From positions 84,382,001 to 84,446,000 of the forward strand of contig NC_042999.1 of assembly GCF_006345805.1 (NCBI RefSeq): a stretch of 64,000 bases of DNA, read 5' to 3'. The notes beneath the pieces are model-generated. The model searched no databases. It was given only the letters and a program-made list of their open reading frames with translations, and was not told the DNA's origin. Below, one piece after another: positions 13,886 through 25,967 of the stretch. Within the stretch, counting starts at the first letter, position 1. Every line of letters starts with the position of its first letter. The position numbers and the translations under genes were made by a program. The stretch is from Octopus sinensis (lineage: Eukaryota).

Positions 13886-14188
13886 GTATATGCATGTAAG
13901 CACCTGAGTATAAGTGACTTCAAATTTAACTATTTTAAAATACTTGAGATATTCGTTCTGCCTTGGTTTTGATTTTTTCTCTATAATATATACCTGCTAT
14001 AAGGGAATCCCAACACGGATATATAGATCCAGCCTTAGCTGTGATCTTGGAACCTAAAGGTCGACCTACTATAGCACTTGTACAGCGTACCTGTTCGTTT
14101 AGATCACAAGTGAAATAAGCCCCTCGTATTCTTTATATATATACATATATGTATATGCTATGTGCGTATGCCATGTCTTTGTGTGTAT

Positions 14189-14228
<40 letters not shown>

Positions 14229-14304
14229 TCATATATGTATGTATTGCTTGTATGTATGTATATATGTGTGTATGTGAGTGTGTTCTTGTACTGGCATTTG
14301 TCCT

Positions 14305-14490
14305 CCACCACCACTTACCATCAGATATTGGTTTGTTTACGTCCATATGACGCAGAAGTTAAGCAAAAAGGGCCGATAGAATAATTGCCAGGCATTTAAG
14401 AAATAAGTACTGGTATCAATTAGATCGATTTTAAACATTCAAGACGGTGCCCCAGCATTTCAGTAATCAGATGACTGCAACACAAAAAAC
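14305..14490 (+). mobile_element. 3' fragment of SINE family C
   Basis: ggtttgtttacgtcc...ccgatagaataa...acggtgccccagcat matches the tail of the copy at 55137-55520. Confidence 0.65.
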
Positions 14491-14499
14491 TTAAAAGAC

Positions 14500-14500
<1 letters not shown>

Positions 14501-14594
<94 letters not shown>

Positions 14595-14595
14595 T
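14501..14595. repeat. (GATA)n microsatellite
   Basis: Direct reading; similar tracts at 17470-17525 and 40795-40870. Confidence 0.95.
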
Positions 14596-14677
14596 ATAGA
14601 CGTGTATCTATACAGACAGAGGAGAGGCAAAAAGAGAGATGTGCAGCCATTTCTTCTGTGGTGAGCAACTTCGCTTC

Positions 14678-15087
14678 GCAGCCTTCAGAAACTTTAGCAC
14701 GCCGGGCAAATGCGTAGCCGTATTTCGTCTGCCGCTACGTTCTGAGTTCAAATTCCACCAAGGTCGACTTTGCCTTTCATTCTTTAGGGGTCGATTAAAT
14801 AAGTACCAGTTACGCACTGGAGTCGATATAATCGACTTAATACCGATGTATGTCCTTGTTTGTCCCCTCTATGTTTAGCCCCTTGTGGGTAATAAAGAAA
14901 TAGGTATTTGGTCTGCCGCTACGTTCTGAGTTCAAATTCCACCGAGGTCGACTTTGCCTTTCATTATTTAGGGGTCGATTAAATAAGTACCAGTTACGCA
15001 CTGAAGTCGATATAATCGACTTAATACCGATGTATGTCCTTGTTTGTCACCTCTATGTTTAGCCCCTTGTGGGTAGTAAAGAAATAG
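14678..15087 (+). mobile_element. SINE family A with a 184-bp internal tandem duplication
   Basis: 14720-14903 is repeated at 14904-15087 with shared private variants. Confidence 0.9.
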
Positions 15088-15394
15088 GATATGTGTGAAC
15101 CGCAGTGTTCAGTAGTCTCCTGCTATAGACTCTAGCTGACCAATGCATTCATTCATGAATTCAGTAGAAAGAAATTGTGCACCACCCACTCGTGGTTATT
15201 TATGTGTGTTGAGTGTGTCAGCGTATGTGTGTCCATCTATTTGCCACAGTATGTTTGTTTTTTGCATCAAGTTTACAATGATGTTCATTTTCTTGTATCT
15301 CCATACCATAGCGGATAACATAAAATATACAGAGTTGCCCCAGCCTGACCACTGTACAGTAACCGAAGCAAATTACAGAGCAATAAATAAATGA

Positions 15395-16240
<846 letters not shown>

Positions 16241-17469
16241 ACACAACGCCGAAGGTACTGTTTTACTGGCAAGTTGAAATGTGATTACTTTTGCAACAGC
16301 AAATCAGCGTCATTACGTAAGAGTCAATAAAAACAATATCCTTTTCTTCTCTTTTTCTAAATAGTATATAAATGTATGCGTGTTTGTGTGGGCATTTACG
16401 TCAGCCAGTGTCTGCCTGTGTATGTATTTTTTGTGTGCCTCTCTATGCTTTTGCCGGTGTGCAACTTTGTGTGTAATTGTGTGTAATTGTGTGAGTGGGT
16501 AATTGCGTGGGTTTGTAACTACGTGAGTCAGTATGTTTGTGTGTGTGTGTCTATGTCTGTGTGTGTCTGTGTCTGTGTTTGTGTTTGTGTCTGTGAATAT
16601 TAGGATTAACAGGCTAACTAAAAGATAGCTAGTTGCAGTACAACATCACACTGCTCAAGTAATAATCTATTTATCCAAACCACGATGCACATCCTGGATA
16701 TTTTCTCTTAGAATATTGTTCAGCAGCATTGTGTTTTGTTCCAGTATTTGTGTTACTGACTCTCTCAGTCTGGATATTTATCGACACCTCAGTCTTTTGA
16801 TAAGTCCGAGTGGCAGTGAAGCATGAAAATAAGTGGAGCCAACACAGTACATCGATAGATAGTAATAGTTAGCTGTTAAAAATACAGTGGATTCTAAAAT
16901 ACTGGAGTCGATTTTATGTTGGATACTGTTACCATCAAAGATTGTAAAGACAAGCATTCCTATACCACGCATGCTTACATATTCATATATATATGTATAT
17001 ATATATCACGTAGTACTATTAAGATAGACATGGACTGGACCAATCTTTGGTCGAAACATATCTAAGTTTTATATATATATATATGTGTGTGTGTGTGTCT
17101 CTTTACTAACCCCTCCCCGAAAATCAGCAATTACCTCCCCTGTTCCCAATAATAACGATCACCATTTACTCGCCTTATATTTTTCTACTTGATTCATTCA
17201 TTCATAAATTTCTCCACACACACAATGGTCTAAAATTTTAAGAAAATACGAAATTACAACGCGAATCCGGTCGACAAACGCTATGTAAAATATATTTTAA
17301 AATAAACTGTAAAATATAATGTAAAGTGTGTGCATTTTCCTTCTTTTATTTTATATATTTTTTGTATTACAAAACACCACATGGGCATAATCGAAATTCC
17401 TCCCTTTTTATTACTTATATATATATAGATAGACGTACGGGTAATGTGATTAATCGATCGATCGATCGT

Positions 17470-17525
<56 letters not shown>

Positions 17526-18181
17526 CATTAATGTGTGTGCGTGTGCGAATGTGTGCTTCTTTTTTTTTCTTTTTTGTGTTTGTGGAGCAGTGTTACTTAT
17601 AAGACATTCTCATCAATATACTTCTTTTATTCAAATTCATTTACTTTTTTAATTGACGATTCATAGAGTTTTTCAGTAGCTCTTTATACTTTCGGGCTCT
17701 GATGCTGCTTTAAGTTCTTCATAGACTTATCTTTTCCCCGAAACCATTTATTTTACGGTCATTGTTCAAAAACGTCTAATATGGCTTTATAATATATTTT
17801 CTTCCACATTCACATTAGATTGTATGTGATTGTATGTAATTAATTGCTTATCACTCCCTCTTCAGTTTAATTGCTATTTATTAGCGAAAGCCATTTATTT
17901 AATATCATTTTAATCGGATGGTTATTTATATTATTATATAGTATTTTGAGGGGTTTATTTTGTTTCGCTGTACTGGAATCACCTGGAGTCCATTACGCAA
18001 ACTTTTCTCCATCAGTGAACAGTATTTCTATTTAAAACTCTTATTAGATGATATCTTCTAACGAGAACTGAATTATTTTCTCTTTTAATCTTAGTCCGTT
18101 GATTAATTAATCTATTGTCTCATTGCTTATTCGATTGATTGCATTGAGTGATTTCGGGATTGTGTTCATATAGATACTGCG

Positions 18182-18228
<47 letters not shown>

Positions 18229-18394
18229 CTTGTTCATTTTCTTCTCATTTTCATGCGTCAAGTTCGAAAATGTATCATGTTATTTTTACAATCTACACAC
18301 ACGCATAGCTTTTACTGTATTTAAATACGACGCTTTCAAATGCTATCTGAAACGATAGTCGGCTATTTTGGTGTTTTTTGTTGTTGGTGGTTCT

Positions 18395-18995
18395 CAGTCA
18401 CGAGCAAGCAAACCAGCGGAGATTGTGGCTCGCTGATGTTTGTTGTTGTCACATACAGCATGTGGCATCCATGCAACATACTTCTGAACCTTTCACATCG
18501 AGTGAAGATGCTTCTCCATAGCAGTGTGGGAGCATTCGTTTTTCTCTGCCAGTTCCCTTGTCGTTTGACGAGGATTTTCGTGCAAAATTTGGTTTAATCG
18601 CTCTTCATCGAACTCAACTGGACGGCCAGAACGAGGTGCGTTTTTGAGGTCAAAATTTCCATTTTTGAACTTGGCATACCAATCACGAGCGATTCTTTCA
18701 GCTATGGTACTCTCTCCATACACAGCACAAATGTCGCGAGTAGCTCTTGTAGCTTTAGAACCTTGATTAAAAGCAGATAAAATGTGTCAAAAAGCTCGTT
18801 TTTCTTAACTTGACATTCCATTTTAATGATCTGAAAATAAACAATAATTAACTAAAATTAACTAGGAAAAAAAAATAGATTCCAAAATGATTCAAAAATA
18901 CAATTCTCGAAAATAATAGATTCCAAAATTTAAAAATGCAATAAATTCCAAAATTTAAAAAAACGGCGTGAACTTAGTTGCCAACCCAATATATA
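18395..18995 (-). mobile_element. 3'-truncated mariner relic (5' TIR plus HTH domain)
   Basis: TIR ta-ttgggttggcaactaagtt at ~18972-18993 (minus strand). ORF 18493-18723 WYAKFKNGNFDLKNAPRSGRP...TTRELAE and a WMPH motif. Confidence 0.9.
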
Positions 18996-19496
18996 AATTT
19001 TGTTGCCTATGTTTCTGAGGAAACATTTAGCAAATACCTCAAATCCTTCATTTTCTTGGAAGAAGTGTTCGCGTTTTCATAACTTTTTGACGGCATGATT
19101 TTGCCCCTAAGCTCTACTTTAGTTTACTTCAGCTTTCACAGTGTCTATATTTTGTCTTTTTCATTGATTTTATAATGTCCATTTCTATGTTTTCTTATCT
19201 TTTATTATTTCAGTGAGGTTGTCTGCGGCATTTTTTTTTATGGCTACTCAAGTGAAAACCACGCTGATTTTATGCTGGTATGTTTTCATGTTATTTTTCT
19301 CTACTTTTTCGAGTTAGTCTTATAAAATTGTTACACTTGTCTTCCGAAAGTAACAGTACATCTACAGAAATACGCACGTTCACGCTTTAAGTATGGAGCG
19401 AGCTTATGTCCCCATTCCAAATTCATTCAATCTCACTTTCCTCTTTCAAACGTATAAGCATTTGCCAACATGGCACAATCTTCTCCAGGTAATGTT

Positions 19497-19549
<53 letters not shown>

Positions 19550-19567
19550 GGTGGTGGTGGTGGTGTG

Positions 19568-19601
<34 letters not shown>

Positions 19602-19995
19602 ATGTACATGAATTTAATGTCACTACTAACCTGCTATCCAGGAAAACAACGGCTAATTCACCCAGAGACAAATGTCAGTCAACTGTGTCTGAAGGGGTCG
19701 TAGAGATACGCCTCACGGTGTCTCACAAAGTAACAACAAAAATAACACAACTCTAACAGAATCAACCAAGCTGAGAGAGACATCACTACTACAAAAAAGA
19801 AAGAAAAAAAAAACCTTCAGTAGCACCTATAACAATGACAGCAACAAAGAAAACAAGAACGGCGAGATCGAAAACAGCAGCAGCACAACGAAAACAACAG
19901 CGACGACGACGACGGCAACAGCTATAGTAACAACAGTAAATTCAAGACAACCAGGACTACTCTTTGTACTGTAACGCAAACATGAGCTAGTATAT

Positions 19996-20444
19996 AGCTG
20001 GTAGAAACGTTAGCACGTCGGGCGAAATTCGTAGCAGTATTTCGTCTGTCGTTACGTTCCGAGTTAAAATTCCGCCGAGGTCGACTTTGCCTTTCATCCT
20101 TTCGGGGTCGATAAATTAAGTACTAGTTACGCACTGGGGTCGATGTAATCGACTTAATCCCTTTGTCTGTCCTTGTTTGTCCCCTCTATGTTTATCCCCT
20201 TGTAGGTAGTAAAGAAATATATATTTCTTTATTGCCCACAAGGGGCTAAACATAGACGGGACAAACAAGGACAGACAAAGGGATTAAGTCGATTACATCG
20301 ATGCCAGTGCGAAACTGGTATTTTTATTTATCGACCCCGAAAGGATGAAAGGCAAAGTCGACCTCGGCGGAATTTGAACTCAGAACATAGCGGCAGACGA
20401 AATACCGCTAAGCATTTTGCCCGGCGCGCTAGCGTTTCTGCCAG
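19996..20444. mobile_element. Tail-to-tail inverted pair of family A SINEs (19996-20217 +, 20222-20444 -)
   Basis: Each half matches family A. The halves meet at the palindrome aaagaaatatatatttcttt. Confidence 0.92.
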
Positions 20445-20659
20445 GGGCTAGTATAGCTTTGTAAAACTTCAACTTGAGGAACCGGCACTGCTTATGCAGG
20501 TCGGATCTGAACGTATTTCCCCAGGAAGAAAAAGAAAAAATATAAAGAAGGATGCTCATCTATAAATATACTAGCAAGAAACGAAGGTCGAAAACCCAAC
20601 TGAAGCACAAGTTGACAAATGATTTATGGAGGTGTGGGAATAAGAAAATAGGAAAATAA

Positions 20660-21030
20660 TTTGGAACGGTAGAAGTCCTCTGCCTTAACGAAGTAGAGTC
20701 TATAAAAACAGCCATAGGCTCCTCTGAGGAATATGTTCCCATAGCGTCCAATTTAGGAAGACGCTTATTTAATGTGACACTAACTAATGTGTCTCCAGAT
20801 ATAAACTTCAAATACTTTAGGACGATTTTGGAGGAGTACGGGAAGATTATGAAAGAGAACCACCCCATGCAAAAAGTGGGCTGAATTAAAAGCTGAATTT
20901 CAGATACGGCTGACTGAAGAGAATTTGCCAAATTCCTGACTCATTCGCCTGGTGATTGAAGGTCCTGTGTTAAAAGGCAGTAAGTCCAGGTGTTACTAAA
21001 GATGCAGCACAAAGCACCAGAAGGCGTGCA
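20660..21030 (+). pseudogene. Possible L1/Tx1-like ORF1 remnant (RRM-like segment plus decayed CCHC knuckle)
   Basis: Manual translation: LGRRLFNVTLTNVSPDINFKYFRTILEEYGKI...VIEG...RCY*RCSTKHQKAC. Resemblance only. Confidence 0.45.
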
Positions 21031-21249
21031 AAAACAATCAAAACCCATTTGCACCCACATAAACAACACCAAAAACTCCAACACAGGAATTTTAGACAAG
21101 AGCACTCAAAAATGATCCTCAAATAAAAAAGAAAAAAGACACTAGAACCCAGAGAAGCGCATGTAGTTACCAGAAATGTGCAAAAAGAAAAGCACACAAA
21201 CGCCACAAAAGTAGATTACATACTCTAAAACACCCCAATTGACACACAT

Positions 21250-22534
21250 CATGTCAAGTTTAACATGGATACCATAATCACATTATTTACTACATTAAAC
21301 CGTTTTACTCTCACTCCACAAGAATAGTAAGGAATTAAAATTCATCCTTCGAAACAACTTCTTTATTTTCCAGAAAAACACCTGCCAGAAATATCTCGAA
21401 CTGGGATGGGTACAAAAGCTGCTCCAACTTAGTCATGATATTTCTAGAATTCCAGATGTATGAACAACTGAAAACAATACATCATCCTTCAAAATCTTCT
21501 GGTCAAAAATTGACAATATTTAGATGACAGCTTTACTCTGTGAATCTACAACCGAGATGAACTCAATGATTTTAAATTCTTATTCAACAGCATTAATAAC
21601 AGTATTAAGTTCACCACGTAATTTAGCCCTCTTAGACATTTTGGTTATCAAGAATGACCCGAACACAGAAACCGACATCTACAAAGCAACTGAATCTAAA
21701 CAATACTTACTATTTTCTTCATGCTACCCAAAACGTATCAAGTCCAATATTCCATCTAATAAAGCTAAGAGAATCCGAACAATTGTCTCTAGTCTGGATG
21801 TTCTGAATAAAAGATCCCTTGAATTAGTACAGGCATTACTTCAAAGTAAGTACCCATCCACTATAATACAAAATAGAATAGAACGTGTCAAATCAAAATA
21901 CATTGAAGAATTACGAAAAGTTAAAAACTTTCAGGTACAACCAAAACTCTATCTCTAATTACAAAACACAATACAAGTAGTAGAAACATTCAGCTTCATA
22001 CATCCGAACATACCGATATTGAATCAAGAGGCAATAATGAAAAACGCACTTGAATCATACAAAATAATCAAGTGCAAAAGACAACCAAAGCTCCCCCCCA
22101 ATCTACTTACCAACACGAAATTACCAATTACGTACTCAACACCAGCATTGGAAAAACGTGTCCCATCTAGTTGTGGAACTTGTGAGAAACTTATTCAGGA
22201 CACAATTTGTAATTTTAAATATGGACACATGTTTACTGTGAAAAACCATTTAACTTGTTCTTCAAAAAATAAAAATGTCATCGAATGCAATGGCTATAGA
22301 GAAGACTACATTGGACAAACTAAACTCACCTTAAGCATGAGATTAAATATTCATCGTCACCAAATATGTGATCCCCAAACGAGACAAATTCCACCTATAT
22401 GCGTGAAAACCAAATTTCCTAAATTTCTTGTCTCCCCAATTTTTCAACATTTAGATAATACTCCACATCAAACAAGAATTGCTAAGGAAAGTTTGTTTAT
22501 TAAAAGATACAATCCACTGTTGAATAGGCTATAA
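21250..22534 (+). mobile_element. Decayed Penelope-like element (RT plus C-terminal GIY-YIG endonuclease)
   Basis: GMGTKAAPT (~21403), YLDD (~21517), thumb LLDILV..TDIYK..QYLLFSSCYP (ORF 21524-21958). GIY-YIG signature LTCSSKN..IEC..EDYIGQTK..RLNIHR..RIAKESLFIKRYNPLLN (ORF 22019-22534). Confidence 0.9.
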
Positions 22535-23222
22535 AAAAATATCTGCTAAATTCTTTTCCTATGAATTGATTACTATAGAATTTATATACTTCGGCTTGTT
22601 CTTAAGAAAATCAAAATTCATGTAGTAGCAGTCATGAATCTTCTTTACTCCACACCTCGTTATCTTGCCCCTCACCTTGTCTTAAGATGTTCAATGGAAG
22701 CATACTAGCACTAGTTGATAACATATATCTTCCACGGAATATTAATAATTATTTATAACACTTTTATGCAATCAATTATATCACTTATTCATATCTATTG
22801 TATCTGTCAGGTGGCATATTAAATAGAGAAAAGATATTTTGTGACACTCGAGCGGACTTGCCTCATAAGCTAAATACGTGAACATTGACCAATCAATCTG
22901 TACGTTAATGGACAGCGTTCTGAACAAAATCCTTTCTTTAAAAACAAGGTACGTAAAAACGGCTAAAATAGACTTAATTCGCAACAGTGCGCCATATGCT
23001 GTGCACATTTGAAAATCTAATGTGAAACGGGTAAAATGTATTTCTATATTTTAAAATATAATCTAATTGTAATAATTCTAATACTTCCTCTGTTCATTTT
23101 CAATTTGATATTTTCTATTCCTGCATATGTTTATTCAGCCTACGAGTTATACACAAATACCAGACGAGAAATATGCAAGTAAATAACTTAAACTCCAATG
23201 GACATATTTAAGTACATATATG

Positions 23223-23263
<41 letters not shown>

Positions 23264-23469
23264 AAAGGATGTGTTATAATACAATTCCACATATACATCA
23301 GCTGCCCCACGGATATCTTTATGGTTTCGAAGCCTGGGCAGTACCATTCAATCTGATGGTGTCAATAGCCCTAACATAAGTGCTGTTTGGGAACAAATCT
23401 CTCTATCTCCCTCTCTCTCTCTCTCTCTCTGTATATATATATATGTACTTACATATATATATATATATA

Positions 23470-23584
23470 TCCACCACCACCATGACCGACCAGGCTATCA
23501 GATGTTGCTACACATCGCTGGTCACAATGCGTTTCGCATTGTTTTAGCCTTCAAATGACGCCATCCCGCTGGCTAAGCGAGCAG

Positions 23585-23588
<4 letters not shown>
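23470..23588. mobile_element. Fragment of an interspersed repeat (probably SINE)
   Basis: GC-balanced island between (TA)n tracts, recalled as a common Octopus repeat. Single copy here, unverified. Confidence 0.35.
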
Positions 23589-23620
<32 letters not shown>

Positions 23621-23737
23621 CAGTGTACATTTAAAGACATAAGAGGTATCCATCATAGGATACCTGGCACGCTAGAAGGAAAGGTCAAAATCTAAAATCG
23701 TATGATAGATACCTCTTATGTGTTTAAATATGTACTG
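23621..23737. mobile_element. Tc1/mariner-type MITE with TA target duplication
   Basis: TA|CAGTG...TACTG|TA ends. ~40-bp imperfect TIRs (cagtgtacatttaaagacataagaggtatc / gatacctcttatgtgtttaaatatgtactg). Confidence 0.75.
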
Positions 23738-23803
23738 TATTTATATGAATAATATCTGCTCTATTGACTAATTATACTACACGCTAGGCCAGTGGTAGTA
23801 AAA

Positions 23804-23955
23804 ATTTCTAAAATTTTTCTTACTCTGATATATATGTATGTATGTTCGTATGCATGCATGTATGTATATAAATATATATATAAATACATACATATATATA
23901 TACATGCATGCATACGAACATACATACATATATATCAGAGTAAGAAAAATTTTAG

Positions 23956-23959
<4 letters not shown>
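23804..23959. repeat. Perfect 60-bp inverted repeat with 36-bp spacer
   Basis: 23804-23863 is the exact reverse complement of 23900-23959. Confidence 0.92.
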
Positions 23960-24002
<43 letters not shown>

Positions 24003-24005
<3 letters not shown>

Positions 24006-24135
24006 CTGCATCGAACTCTCTGATGCACCAAATGGCAATTACTAAAAAGCATCCGTGAAGTAAAATCATGTAGCAACACCAAATGGCGGTGCCCCAGCAT
24101 GGCCACAGTACGTGAGCTGAAACTAGATAAAATAA
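24003..24135 (+). mobile_element. CR1-type LINE 3' terminal fragment
   Basis: Encodes [10 protein letters not shown], matching AASNSLVDQV at the end of ORF 31890-32171. Tail ggcggtgccccagcatggccacag...ctgaaac. Confidence 0.75.
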
Positions 24136-24159
24136 AAAAAAAAATATATATATATATGC

Positions 24160-24207
<48 letters not shown>

Positions 24208-24525
24208 TGTTGTGCCTTATTATTTAACACACTCAAGACTATTGAAAAGGTTGCAAGACGCAACGAAAATTTTAGAACATAAAAATAAGAAAGAAGTGGA
24301 AATTTTACCGGTGAGTGCGTTAAATAATAAGGCACTAAAAGAGATTGACTCTCCAGACACAACAGAATATGCTTCAACACACGAACTCATATAAAGTATC
24401 TTACAAACCAAATCCAAAAACCAAATATATATATATATATATATATATATAACTTAGAATAACTTAGAAAGGTTTTTGGCCAGTATTGGCCCAGGCCATG
24501 TCTAACTTAATAGCACCACCTGGCG

Positions 24526-24545
<20 letters not shown>

Positions 24546-24557
<12 letters not shown>

Positions 24558-24758
24558 TTAGAGACAAAACCACTATTTTGCAAATCACACAAAGAAAGAC
24601 TTAATCCAATACATAAAAAAATTTAATATAAATTAAATAAAATTAATTCAATAAAATTAATTTTATTTAATTTATATTAAATTTTTTTATGTATTGGATT
24701 AAGTCTTTCTTTGTTTGATTTGCAAAATAGTGGTTTTGTCTCTAATTAATATTATATA
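24546..24758. repeat. Near-perfect ~103-bp-arm palindrome with 6-nt loop
   Basis: 24546-24648 versus 24655-24758; one mismatch noted (cacac/aaac); loop caataa. Confidence 0.92.
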
Positions 24759-24896
24759 ATATTTTACTATAAAATTGGATTCAACCCCAAATCTGATTTT
24801 TCCTGTAAATTTGGATTTATTCCCTAATATATATTATATATATATATATATTATATATATATACATACATATATATACATATATATATATATATAT

Positions 24897-25967
24897 GAAT
24901 TCCGGGTAGAGGTTGGGGTCCACCAAGTTTCAGTCCTCAGTCCCCTCCTATTTATCATAGTCCTCCAGGCAATAACGGAGGAATTCAAGACAGGATACCC
25001 CTGGGAGCTCCTCTATGCTGATGACCTTGCTCTAATTGCTGAGTCACTATCAGAACTGGAGGAGAAGTTTCAGGTGTGGAAACAAGGATTAGAATCGAAG
25101 GGCCTTAGAATCAACCTAGCCAAAACCAAAGTCCTAATAAGTAGGAAGGTGGACCAATCACAAACGACTTCAGGTAGATGGCCCTGCTCGATCTGTAAAA
25201 AAGGTGTAGGTAGAAACTCTATAAGGTGCACCAAGTGTAAGCTATGGACACATAAGAGGTGCAGCAATGTCAAAGGAAGGCTAACTAAGAAAATAGTTTT
25301 TGTCTGTGGCAGATGCTCAGGAGCAATAAACACTGGAAATGTGCAGAGACCAACTTCTACCACGTTCCAGGGAGACAAACTAGAAGTAGTTGATAGCTTC
25401 CGCTACCTAGGAGACCAAGTCAGTAGCGGGGGTGGGTGTGCTGAAAGTGTAACTGCTAGAGTAAGAATAGCCTGGGCAAAGTTTAGAGAGCTCTTACCCC
25501 TGCTGGTGACAAAAGGCCTCTCGCTAAGAGTAAAAGGCAGACTATATGATGCGTGTGTACGTACAGCCATGCTACATGGTAGTGAAACATGGGCCGTGAC
25601 TGCTGAGGATATGCGTAAGCTTGCAAGAAATGAAGCCAGTATGCTCCGATGGATGTGTAATGTCAGTGTTCATAATCGTCAGAGTGTAAGTACTTTGAGA
25701 GAAAAGTTGAACCTAAGAAGTGTCAGTTGTGGTGTGCAAGAGAGACGGCTGCGCTGGTATGGTCATGTGACGAGAATGGCTGAAGATAGTTGTGTGCAAA
25801 AGTGCTACACCCTAGCAGTTGAGGGAACCTGTGGAAGAGGTAGACCCAGGAAAACCTGGGACGAGGTGGTGAAGAACGACCTTCGAACTTTAGGTCTCAC
25901 CAAGGAAATGACTGAAGACCGAGTCCTATGGAAGTGTGCTGTGCATGAGAGGACCCGGCAGGACTAG
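24897..25967 (+). CDS. Partial RTE reverse transcriptase with in-frame PHD-like finger (open 356 codons, no start)
   Basis: In frame upstream of the annotated ORF: GVHQVSVLSPLLF, LLYADDL (25014). Then KTKV, C4HC3 finger, FRYLG, RRLRWYGHV, RGRPRKTW. Confidence 0.92.
   Translation, partial: EFRVEVGVHQVSVLSPLLFIIVLQAITEEFKTGYPWELLYADDLALIAESLSELEEKFQVWKQGLESKGLRINLAKTKVLISRKVDQSQTTSGRWPCSICKKGVGRNSIRCTKCKLWTHKRCSNVKGRLTKKIVFVCGRCSGAINTGNVQRPTSTTFQGDKLEVVDSFRYLGDQVSSGGGCAESVTARVRIAWAKFRELLPLLVTKGLSLRVKGRLYDACVRTAMLHGSETWAVTAEDMRKLARNEASMLRWMCNVSVHNRQSVSTLREKLNLRSVSCGVQERRLRWYGHVTRMAEDSCVQKCYTLAVEGTCGRGRPRKTWDEVVKNDLRTLGLTKEMTEDRVLWKCAVHERTRQD

Noticed and set aside
24212-24394. 60-aa ORF MPYYLTHSRLL... 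as a host exon
   Set aside because: No recognisable domain or convincing splice pair; isolated between TA tracts
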